From positions 290,268 through 354,267 of the forward strand of contig JBAZWO010000001.1 of the NCBI GenBank assembly GCA_041660305.1: a stretch of 64,000 nt of DNA, read 5' to 3'. Under the pieces are notes generated by a model. It was given only the letters and a program-made list of their open reading frames with translations, did no database searches and had not been told where the DNA came from. This document shows, piece after piece, positions 38,501 to 46,046 of this stretch. Both the position numbers and the translations under genes were made by a program. Within the stretch, counting starts at the first letter, position 1. Each line of letters begins with the position of its first letter. The DNA comes from Patescibacteria group bacterium (lineage in GTDB: Bacteria > Patescibacteriota > Patescibacteriia > UBA9570).

Positions 38501-40585
38501 GGCTTGCGTAGTGCCGAAACCAAAACGATCACCTTGTGCACCAGTAGGAACAGTAGTGGTATAAACTGACTGGCCGTTTTTATATAGTGTTACTTGGCCA
38601 CCACTATAGCTAATAGCCATGTGCTGCCATGTATCATAGGTAACTGGCACATTGGTATTGATAAAATAAGGCTGTGTCCAACTACCGTTACTAATGTAAT
38701 AATTATTTTGATAAATTTGAATGTTTCTACCATTGCTGTTATCACTTAACACAAAATGATAATTTGTGTCGTAATCTGCAACTGTAGCTGGTTTAGTTGG
38801 CTTAATCCAAACAGACCAAGTGGTGTTAGGCATAACACTATAGTTTAAATTAAGCCTTGGCGAGCTATAATCGTTACTAATATATTGATTAGTCTTTGTA
38901 AACGACGCTCCTTTAGCAAATACTGTATTAATATTTAATGTTGGGCAATTGTAAGACCCTCCCTGTTCAACGCCCAATACAGTTAGTGTGTGAATACCAC
39001 AGGTAAATTTATTGTTATCGGTAGTGCTAGCTTTATTAACAAATAAATTTGTGTTTTCATCGAGATGCCACAAGCCCACGATATCGTTCATGGACAGATT
39101 GTTGCTATAGCCTGTTTCTGAAGCACCAAAATCTGGGAGTGGTTTTTGGTAGGCCTGATAAGGTTGCCAACCTAAATAGTCCCATACCGTATTACTGTAA
39201 CCAGAATCTTTTATAGAAGAGGTAAACGTACCAGCTGTAACATATTTTCCTAAGCCATCATCAGCTAATTGCAAAAACGCTGTGCCGCCTGTACTAGCAA
39301 TGTCCGTATCATCATAATCTCCTCCGTCGTTAAAATTATTAGCCGCCGAATCTTCAATATCTGTAGAAGTAGTAATAGTAGCTCCTTGCACAGTAACATT
39401 AGATAATACCGGTGTAACACCAGAATCACTGGTAATAAAATCGGCTTTATATTGAATGTATTGGCTGGTATCCATTAATAAATTTTGAAACACTGGTGCC
39501 TCGTTAGTAGTATTTCCAGCATCAGTAAAAAAAGATCCACTAGTACCATCTGGCCCCATATAATTTCCTTGGCTACAAGTAGCATCGTTACATGCCCGTA
39601 ACTGAAATTTTATATCCGCCACTCCCCGCGCATACATATTTTCAATCTCCGCTTGCTCTAGCGTCCGATTAAACACCGCCACTTCGTCCATTTGCCCATG
39701 ATATTGATTGGCAGTAATGTTTGCGCCAGTATTCCCTCCCAACGTAAATTGGGTTCCTTGTGCCGTAATAGCCGCAACCGTTGTAGAAAATTGTAGTATC
39801 CCGTTTTTATAAAAACTAAGTTTTTTATTATCAAATACAACTACTAAATGCTGCCACTTATCATAATCTACTGTCACTGGTGTATATATAAAATTCCAAT
39901 TACCATAATAAAAAGAATAATAAAGTGATTGGGACGTGGCAGTACTATTTGGCCTATTTATTTGAATACCACGACCAGCATTAGCATCACTAATTACATA
40001 GTGTTGCTGACCATCATTGTTACTTGCGGTCGGTTTAATCCAAACTGACCAAGTGGTAGTAGGTAAAGTACTAGGATTTAATGGAGTGGTTATGTACTGT
40101 CGCTGCGCGTTAAAATTAACGCTAGTACCAAATTTACCAGTCGGTTCAAGCGCTGGACAATAAGTATTGTATGTTGTCGCGCAAGTGCCATTATTTAACC
40201 CCACTAGATTAGCCGTATCTTTAAAAGGGGCTGTAGCTTCATCTAAATGCCACAAGCCCACAATACCGTTCATGGACAGATTGTTGCTATAGCCTGTTTC
40301 TGAAGCACCAAAATCTGGGAGTGGTTTTTGGTAGGCTTGTTGTGGTTGCCAACTAAACTTACTCCAATCGGTTACGCCGCCAGAATTTTTAATATTTGAA
40401 GTATAGGTTCCTGATAACAATGTTTTATTATTCAGTTCTACCGCGTTAGCAACATTTAATTTAGTGTTACTAGTATAAGCACCGGCATCAAATTCGGCTT
40501 TTGTATCATCGGTAGCTAAATACGCCAAACTTAACCTTGGCAACAACACAAACACTAGCCCAAACATGATAATTCTTGCTTTCAT
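35594..40585 (-). CDS. Giant secreted protein with two LamG/ConA-like lectin domains; first gene of the pilus locus
   Basis: 1663 aa with signal peptide MKARIIMFGLVFVLLPRLSLA. It carries a duplicated roughly 394-aa unit. Each unit ends in the LamG_3-type motif W.H....YDG..L.LY.NG...QY.G.MDEVAVF.R.L...E.ENMY. Confidence 0.7.
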   Translation of the reverse strand: MKARIIMFGLVFVLLPRLSLAYLATDDTKAEFDAGAYTSNTKLNVANAVELNNKTLLSGTYTSNIKNSGGVTDWSKFSWQPQQAYQKPLPDFGASETGYSNNLSMNGIVGLWHLDEATAPFKDTANLVGLNNGTCATTYNTYCPALEPTGKFGTSVNFNAQRQYITTPLNPSTLPTTTWSVWIKPTASNNDGQQHYVISDANAGRGIQINRPNSTATSQSLYYSFYYGNWNFIYTPVTVDYDKWQHLVVVFDNKKLSFYKNGILQFSTTVAAITAQGTQFTLGGNTGANITANQYHGQMDEVAVFNRTLEQAEIENMYARGVADIKFQLRACNDATCSQGNYMGPDGTSGSFFTDAGNTTNEAPVFQNLLMDTSQYIQYKADFITSDSGVTPVLSNVTVQGATITTSTDIEDSAANNFNDGGDYDDTDIASTGGTAFLQLADDGLGKYVTAGTFTSSIKDSGYSNTVWDYLGWQPYQAYQKPLPDFGASETGYSNNLSMNDIVGLWHLDENTNLFVNKASTTDNNKFTCGIHTLTVLGVEQGGSYNCPTLNINTVFAKGASFTKTNQYISNDYSSPRLNLNYSVMPNTTWSVWIKPTKPATVADYDTNYHFVLSDNSNGRNIQIYQNNYYISNGSWTQPYFINTNVPVTYDTWQHMAISYSGGQVTLYKNGQSVYTTTVPTGAQGDRFGFGTTQAFGTSGKNQYYGDMDEVAVFKRALSATEVENMYMRGAVQFGVQLRVCDDVNCDTENFTGPNGDSTYYNDLDSNADGAPYYALANMKQQYIQYKLFFNTSDTAVTPKLQSVALKGTGSAETTNNSVPLIDWSQCRVEQGETTITDTGENKTSVTVTLDKSLTNITKALLLVNSTGDSNVVNAADHLVSGYISSASELVFERIGTAGTAQISYTLVECKLDEFSVQRGEITINNEESFADSNDLTPIVDSARSLVLVSSRTADTQVTEKNGLVTGKLKNNKTVEVARGGSTATTLARYEVVTFSESSNVKILAGETAIPANFSDVSATVDSLNASQDRIWLYCSYNTTGDSIAAAAVGCNNTDGGNTAEFSRSEAGEYVNTINYYAIAFPENTVITQQNVVENNSTESDGERYDQEITLPKVVDTTNKAFAFVTNTTKGTGQEFPRNRWLTQLTAKDKITASFWRSDENGESDLNNQYWQVIQFPLYTNAQGYGWIGNAAEETCVPSVLLPGKCGGVGFISFASENSVATDTPKYGVQLEIGDDCAENCLIKGFAWVGNYAVSDVFVDKAKTLGWLEFQPDLTSKPDFVDKTAYWDERTGVVSGWARWTSISNHGKDLYNVNDWGWVKLRGDVKDSSGNVTGNYGVYYDTTARQFSGFSWNGNGTDGANNFITGSGLGWMRFDADVSSATKAWLQTLYGDVYAKKGFTANTTPPVGQYNATYLIQANDTITGFTSEFAEKNATDYAKNPAYGNVNVPTNNSTQVYRGSIGDLHVSELIEQAKQQGTAYNSCIELMNALNTLSINHISLGGKVYYCKTDAINNKLIINNNLIFANTPDKLGSGTVVVEGDLEIAANSFYYDTSISNIYNIASVAWIATGKITIKPAVTKLAGAYIALDNPTDDSIATFITDPSTLQLEIKGLVLARKFNFGRKNIGTESGNKASERIIYDTRLITNPPPGLEDLSKSLPTIK
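39065..39154. repeat. 90-bp near-identical patch, copy B (inside the giant ORF)
   Basis: 88/90 identical to 40247-40336. It encodes AYQKPLPDFGASETGYSNNLSMNDIVGLWH. Confidence 0.9.
40247..40336. repeat. 90-bp near-identical patch, copy A (inside the giant ORF)
   Basis: See copy B. The offset is 1182 bp (394 codons). Confidence 0.9.
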
Positions 40586-40592
40586 TGCAGAA

Positions 40593-40621
40593 ATTATACC
40601 ATTTTTTGAATGGTTTTGCCA
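40593..40621 (-). promoter_or_regulatory. Pilus-operon promoter candidate with extended -10 (TGGTATAAT), ATG 7 nt downstream (leaderless candidate)
   Basis: The minus strand reads TGGCAA-N17-TATAAT-TTCTGCA-ATG, with TATAAT at 40598-40593 and TGG at 40601-40599. Confidence 0.5.
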
Positions 40622-40633
40622 GACCAGAAACGG

Positions 40634-40675
40634 GTCTTGAACTATGATTTGTCTGATTATGTGATAGACTATGAA
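40634..40675. promoter_or_regulatory. Conserved ~42-bp element, copy 3 (upstream of the pilus-operon promoter)
   Basis: GTCTTGAACTATGATTTGTCTGATTATGTGATAGACTATGAA. It has the same orientation as copy 1 relative to the downstream gene. Confidence 0.6.
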
Positions 40676-40852
40676 ATTATAACATTTACGCTAACATGCA
40701 CATGATTTACATACAAGCGTGAATAGTCGACGGCGCTGAAATATTTATTTTTACCAATCCGCTGCACAAAAACTGGTTGTGCACTGGATTGGTGAGGAGG
40801 CGCAGGCAGGACACAAGATAAATTGTGCACGCGCCTCCCCTATCGTCTGCGA

Positions 40853-41602
40853 CTAGCCGTCCTGGCCATTGCAGTTTTGATCGATGTCGTCACCGTAAGG
40901 ATCGGGGGCGCCGGAGTAAATAGTTGGATCATTGTCATTGCAATCTGCTGCTGGCGACATAGGATCACACGACCCGCTGTAACCATCACCGTCACCATCG
41001 GGATCATCTTTGATCCCATTGCAGTTATTGTCCATACCATTACACATTTCTGGTGCCCCTGGATATATGTTCCGGTTATTGTCATTGCAGTCCTGGTTAT
41101 TTGTTACATAACCATATGGAGTGCTACAAGCTTGTGTAAAAACTTCAGGACTACCATAACTGTCATCATCAGCATCCTGGTAGTATGTGTTCTCCACATC
41201 TTCATCCACCTGACCATCACAATCATTATCCATAATGTCACAGCTCTCCGCAGCACCAGGATAAGAGTTAGTATTAGTATCGTCACAGTCATCTGTAGCA
41301 GTTACCCATCCTGGCAGCGGAGCACATGCCTCTCCTACTGCCACGGAAGTTCCGTATCCGTCGTTGTCCGCGTCCGGGTAATAAATGGTCTTCACACTAT
41401 CGTCAACCACGCCATCACAGTCATCATCCATCTCGTTGCAGCTTTCGGCCGCACCAGGATAGACCTGGTCATTCTGGTCATTGCAGTCGCCGTCAGCGAC
41501 CGAATAACCATCGACATCGACATCTTCAGTATCGGGACAGCCCTCTGCCCCAACGAACACAAACGCCGCCAAAAGAGGCAGCGCCTTCAGCCAGTTTCTC
41601 AT
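40853..41602 (-). CDS. Secreted Cys/Asp-rich repeat protein (MopE-type putative metal-binding motif, 4 repeats)
   Basis: The repeat is D.DGY....DC(N/D)D.....YPGA.E.C(N/D).(M/I)D(N/D)(D/N)C(D/N)G..D. The signal is MRNWLKALPLLAAFVFVGAEGC. The ATG at 41602 is preferred over the track's 41623 because AAGGAGG lies 5 nt upstream. Confidence 0.7.
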   Translation of the reverse strand: MRNWLKALPLLAAFVFVGAEGCPDTEDVDVDGYSVADGDCNDQNDQVYPGAAESCNEMDDDCDGVVDDSVKTIYYPDADNDGYGTSVAVGEACAPLPGWVTATDDCDDTNTNSYPGAAESCDIMDNDCDGQVDEDVENTYYQDADDDSYGSPEVFTQACSTPYGYVTNNQDCNDNNRNIYPGAPEMCNGMDNNCNGIKDDPDGDGDGYSGSCDPMSPAADCNDNDPTIYSGAPDPYGDDIDQNCNGQDG

Positions 41603-41914
41603 GGCTTCCTCCTTAAAAAACATTATCTCTATGTAAACAAGTATCCTGAAAAAATTATCAGGTTACTTGGAATTTTTAAAGAACAAAAAAATCCCCTGCT
41701 GTATATATAAAAGGATTAACTAAAATAATACTAGGGTATGTTGGCGACGGCGCTGCTAAAAAAACATCATTTTAGCTGTTGTAGTTAATAACCTAACGCC
41801 TGGGGATAAAATTTATACCGACGGCGCTAAAAATGTCTGGAACTATTCAATAAATCCACTAGGAACCTCTTCAAGAGATTCATACTGGATTTAGAGGCGG
41901 CGGGTTGAAATATA

Positions 41915-42667
41915 TTATTTCAAACACCGGCGCCTCCTTGTTATGGTGAGAAAAAGGGCGGTAAGAACCACCGCCAGACCCAGGGGCGGTCTGGCGGCCG
42001 ACTGCGTCGTAGAGCACGAGCAGCCGGGAACGGGGGGCGGCGAGACGAACTGATCGTCGTCGCCCGTGGTGTCGTCATCCCCCGCAGTGGCCGGGGGGGT
42101 GGGAGAAACGTCCGGAGTCGGCGAGACCTCCGGCGTGGGGGTGGGCGAGTCCCCCGTGGCATCGTCGTCGCCCGTCGAGTCGTCATCCCCGCCTTCAGGG
42201 GTCGGGGAGACGGGATCCGGAGTCGGCGTGGCCGTGGGCTCCGGGGTGGGGGGAGGCGAGTCCCCCGTGGCATCGTCATCGCCCGTGGCGTCATCGTCAC
42301 CCGCCACCGGTGTGGCTGGGGGGGTGGGAGAAACGTCCGGAGTCGGCGAGACCTCCGGCGTGGGGGTCGGCTCCGGAGTCGGACTGACCTCCGGGATGGG
42401 GGTGGAGATACAGTCCCCCGCGACCGACCCCTCGTCGGTCAGACCATCACAGTCGTTGTCTATACTGTCGCAAACTTCGGGAGCTCCCGGATATGTGTCC
42501 GGGTCGTCATCCCGACAGTCCCCAGTTGCACAACTAGGGTAGTCTGCCGAACACGACGACCCGTAGGCTCCCCATCCGTCGGCATCCTCATCGGTCCAAA
42601 CGGCCGACGCGGACGGGACGACGTATAGTGCTCCGAGAATCGTAAGGATCATGAACAAGTGCTTCAT
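41915..42667 (-). CDS. Secreted Pro/Thr-rich repeat protein with one MopE-type motif and a Cys-containing C-terminal sorting-signal-like tail
   Basis: 250 aa with signal MKHLFMILTILGALYVVPSASA and a tandem repeat EVSPTPDVSPTPPAT...GDDDxTGDDD. The C-terminus reads GCSCS, then a hydrophobic helix, then RRRRCLK. An AAGGAGGG SD is present. Confidence 0.65.
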   Translation of the reverse strand: MKHLFMILTILGALYVVPSASAVWTDEDADGWGAYGSSCSADYPSCATGDCRDDDPDTYPGAPEVCDSIDNDCDGLTDEGSVAGDCISTPIPEVSPTPEPTPTPEVSPTPDVSPTPPATPVAGDDDATGDDDATGDSPPPTPEPTATPTPDPVSPTPEGGDDDSTGDDDATGDSPTPTPEVSPTPDVSPTPPATAGDDDTTGDDDQFVSPPPVPGCSCSTTQSAARPPLGLAVVLTALFLTITRRRRCLK

Positions 42668-42759
42668 GGTCCCTCCTTATCTTTGCCAGCCCTCTTCACC
42701 GTATCCTGCACCATGCAAGAATTCAGATCAGAAAGCTGGACTTGTTGAAACAGAACATA

Positions 42760-42807
42760 CTACCTCTATCACCCCAGCCCCCTTTCCCCTAAACAGGGGA
42801 AAGGGGG
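42760..42807. repeat. GC-rich modular palindromic element, locus R9
   Basis: CTACCTCTATCACCCCAG then the imperfect hairpin CCCCCTTTCCCC-TAAA-CAGGGGAAAGGGGG (arms unequal by one base, so the stem has one unpaired/mismatched position). It sits at the right edge of island 2. Confidence 0.8.
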
Positions 42808-43040
42808 AATAAAAAAATAGAGCTTTTATATTCCATGTCTTCAATAATACCTCGTAATATAATGCTATGTTTTCAATGTGCAAAACTTACATGTATATCA
42901 TATTTCAACAAATTTGTCAATACCAAAAAAATGTTAGACTCCTCCAATTTTAATTATACGGACAAACCGCTTTTAAACGCAAGCAAAAACGTATGTTTTT
43001 TACACAGTTTACGCACTATATCGGAAACCACTGGCCGATA

Positions 43041-45893
43041 TCAATATTGATTTAAAGTCTGACAACTGCCTGAACTGGACGGAACACTTAATGATCCTCC
43101 ATTATTACTCACCTTCACGCAATATACATTACCATTATCATCCATTATATTAATACCTTTATACGCCCACGGTTGACCATAACTGCCACTGCCTTGGCCG
43201 GAAAAAAATCGGCGCAAACTAGTACCAGTTGAATACCAAATATAAGTACCGTCAAATTCAATATCACCGATAATAGTACCATTAGCAAGAAACTTATTTT
43301 CTGAACTAACATTGGAATCACTTGGTAATAAACGTTGCAAATAATTTTCAGTATTAAACCAAATATAACTGCCGTCAAATACTAGGCCATTTGGTTTACC
43401 GTAAATTGTATTGATTTCTTGAATATCAATATTATCAAACACATTAACCTTATTTAAACTACCATTGGAACCACCAGAACCATTGTTTTGCATGGCTACC
43501 CATAAATAATGGCCATCAAACGTCATACTTTTGGCTGTTTGTTGCTTTGTGGCAGAAGTATTGTATGGTAACGTGTAAGTCAGTTGAACACTGCTAGTAA
43601 ATGGGGTATTTTTAAAGTCAGTTACATTCATCTTGATTATTTTATCATTAGTAGAAGACATGTCTACTAAAGCATATAAATCTGTTCCATTTAAAATAAA
43701 TTTTAAAATACTACCCCCCGCTGAAATATTAGAATCTGTATAAGCTATTAAATTACTGGCATTTGTACTATAAATTCTCCCATCAGATGTACCAATAACA
43801 TAATAACCATCTTTAACATATAAGCCAGTTGTAACAATTTTATTAAGTAATGAGCTAGGAGAAGATGCTGCTACACTAGATTGTACACCTGATTTTGATA
43901 ACCAGTTATATTTAACCACACTACCAGTACTACTCCAAAACATAACTCCCTGTACACCTTGTACACCAGCTGCTATTAAATTACTAGTTGTTCCTATATT
44001 AGAAAAATTATAGTCTTTTATTAATTGTAAATCTAATGGATAAAAACGAGATAATGTAGCATTACTACCAGAATTAGCTAACACAAATAATTCTGAACTA
44101 TCAAAGAAAATAGATTTTGTGCCTGTAAGTGTTTTATCAATACCAAGTGTTTTAGAATCCAAAACACTTGTATCTAATACTGAATATTTTTTTGTTTCAA
44201 TTAACCTATCGGCTACAATCTGCCCCTCAAATTTCCCCGCATATGTTTTACCTTTGCTATACAATCCAATTCCACCTTCCGATTTTGCTTCCACGCCATA
44301 ACTAGTACCACCAGAACTGCCGTATACGCCAGCTTTAGGATTGTTTACTGGCGCGTAACCCCATATTCCATAACCATCCTTTGATGCTTCACCATATACA
44401 CCTGCTTTTTGAGCATTACCACCAGTAACTTTTCCTACTATTCCATAGCCACCTACACCGCTAGTAGAATCATAACCTGTCCCTTCTGCATATAAACCGT
44501 TAGCATATAAATCATTGCCTTTAAAATAACCACCAAAACCACCACGACCATTAGCAATACCATACACACCATAATTACTTCCTATACTATCAACTCCAAT
44601 GGTTCCCGATGCAGAAATCCCAACCGTATTACCTTGCGCTATTACAGCTGATCCTTGCCAACTAATTGCTTCTACCCCTGTATAACCAAAAAAATGTCCA
44701 CCTACTGATTTTGTATTATCTTGATTAGCTTCCCCTTGCACTCCATAAGAATCACCGTCTGCACTATTAGATACTCCGTACACCCCTACTCCAGCATAGC
44801 TAGAATCAGCTTGTCCTTTTACAGCTTTTTGATAATCACCTATTGTAGTTCCTAATACTCCAGGATTGCCATTACCATGCACACCAGGAACACCAGAACC
44901 ATACACTCCAGCAACCATGCCAATAGCAACACCTTGTACACCATAACTGTCTCCAGTACCTTCACCATAAACAGCTGCTTTATCAGTAGAATCACTTCTA
45001 CCATAAACACCATAATTAGTATTGCTAAATCCTACTATTCCTATACCACTGTCTGATTCACCAAACACTCCCATACCACTTGACGTACTTTTACCATATA
45101 CACCAGCCGCGCCAAAACCAGATCCACCGGCTTCGCCATATACACCATAATTCCAATCCGTACCGGAATTTTTTCCATATAAACCAGCTATATTTCCGTA
45201 ACCAACTATTCCATATCGAGCACCACTACCTTCAATACCAATACCATTATCGTCTGAATTATTACCAATAATTACACCACCAGTTGAATTTTTTGCATTC
45301 ACTTGCAAAACACCACTCATGCTATCCCCTGTTGTATTCACCCAAATATCCGAAATACCAACCGCGTTACTAGGTAAAGTACCATATACTTCTGCATTAT
45401 TTTTTTCCGCTTGTGTACTACTGTCATTAGCCCATTTATTTAAATCCACTGCCGGCGTACTACCACCTCGTACAAACTTAGATGACGTTAAATCATCATT
45501 AACCATACCATCGCTAACTGAATTGCCGGGCAATATTAAATACCAATTATAATCATAATCACCGCTGTTGCTGTAAGTAACATAATAAGGTTCGTCTGGA
45601 TAGGCGCTAACAGCGTATGGATAAGAATATAGCGTGTTAATATCAATTGTTGTGTTTTTGTAAGGCAATAAACCAAAACCACTTTGCGCGGTAATACTCC
45701 CCAACTTCGTCTGCCTCGCCTCCGAAACATTTAATGGCGCCGAAATATTGCAGCCCTCGGCACCTGGATCCACTGCCGGATCACAGGTTGGCTCCTGCCA
45801 AGCGGCTAAAACACCACGCTGTACACCAAACAAAATTACTAGTGTACTAATCGCAAATATTAATGTAATTTTTTTCCAAATCATTAACCGCAT
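43041..45893 (-). CDS. Large secreted protein: Gly/Tyr-rich short-repeat solenoid region plus C-terminal FDGxY(I/L)W repeats
   Basis: 950 aa with an N-terminal anchor/signal. About 400 aa consist of (G/S)xYG(V/I)xG-type repeats. The C-terminus has FDGHYLW, FDGSYIW and FDGTYIW, which look like propeller blades. The promoter geometry favours a start at Met4 (45884). Confidence 0.6.
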   Translation of the reverse strand: MRLMIWKKITLIFAISTLVILFGVQRGVLAAWQEPTCDPAVDPGAEGCNISAPLNVSEARQTKLGSITAQSGFGLLPYKNTTIDINTLYSYPYAVSAYPDEPYYVTYSNSGDYDYNWYLILPGNSVSDGMVNDDLTSSKFVRGGSTPAVDLNKWANDSSTQAEKNNAEVYGTLPSNAVGISDIWVNTTGDSMSGVLQVNAKNSTGGVIIGNNSDDNGIGIEGSGARYGIVGYGNIAGLYGKNSGTDWNYGVYGEAGGSGFGAAGVYGKSTSSGMGVFGESDSGIGIVGFSNTNYGVYGRSDSTDKAAVYGEGTGDSYGVQGVAIGMVAGVYGSGVPGVHGNGNPGVLGTTIGDYQKAVKGQADSSYAGVGVYGVSNSADGDSYGVQGEANQDNTKSVGGHFFGYTGVEAISWQGSAVIAQGNTVGISASGTIGVDSIGSNYGVYGIANGRGGFGGYFKGNDLYANGLYAEGTGYDSTSGVGGYGIVGKVTGGNAQKAGVYGEASKDGYGIWGYAPVNNPKAGVYGSSGGTSYGVEAKSEGGIGLYSKGKTYAGKFEGQIVADRLIETKKYSVLDTSVLDSKTLGIDKTLTGTKSIFFDSSELFVLANSGSNATLSRFYPLDLQLIKDYNFSNIGTTSNLIAAGVQGVQGVMFWSSTGSVVKYNWLSKSGVQSSVAASSPSSLLNKIVTTGLYVKDGYYVIGTSDGRIYSTNASNLIAYTDSNISAGGSILKFILNGTDLYALVDMSSTNDKIIKMNVTDFKNTPFTSSVQLTYTLPYNTSATKQQTAKSMTFDGHYLWVAMQNNGSGGSNGSLNKVNVFDNIDIQEINTIYGKPNGLVFDGSYIWFNTENYLQRLLPSDSNVSSENKFLANGTIIGDIEFDGTYIWYSTGTSLRRFFSGQGSGSYGQPWAYKGINIMDDNGNVYCVKVSNNGGSLSVPSSSGSCQTLNQY

Positions 45894-45920
45894 TATACAA
45901 TATTTTCTATTTTTTTACAA
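45892..45920 (-). promoter_or_regulatory. Promoter candidate TTGTAA-N17-TATAAT overlapping the annotated ATG
   Basis: TATAAT is at 45897-45892 on the minus strand. The ATG of Met4 (45884) lies 7 nt downstream, giving leaderless geometry. Confidence 0.4.
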
Positions 45921-46046
45921 CTGGAATTTCCAATGCTTGAATCACAGATAATACAAATTTAATTAATTGAATTTATCTGCCCGCCTAGCCGGCGAGGCTG
46001 GTGTCATCAGAAATTTTATCAGTGTAATCAGTGTTTCTAGCATTTT

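Larger units (their letters stand above)
40700..42760. other. Compositional island 2 (strongly GC-rich relative to flanks)
   Basis: The line starting at 42061 has 44/60 G+C. The island holds two minus-strand ORFs with AAGGAGG SD sites. The 10-mer CGACGGCGCT occurs at 40728, 41745 and 41819. Boundaries are approximate. Confidence 0.7.

Noticed and set aside
40823-41710. 295-aa plus-strand ORF. Several other ORFs occur at 40840-42542 (41104-41292, 41326-41616, 41941-42300, 42066-42542).
   Set aside because: These are alternative-frame or antisense ORFs typical of GC-rich DNA. The minus-strand frames chosen have signal peptides, strong SD sites and recognisable Cys/Asp repeats, and these do not.
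42835-43050. 71-aa ORF in the AT-rich spacer downstream of the 950-aa gene
   Set aside because: It has no RBS or promoter signal and a low-complexity translation, and it overlaps the stop region of the convergent gene. It is probably non-coding 3' region.
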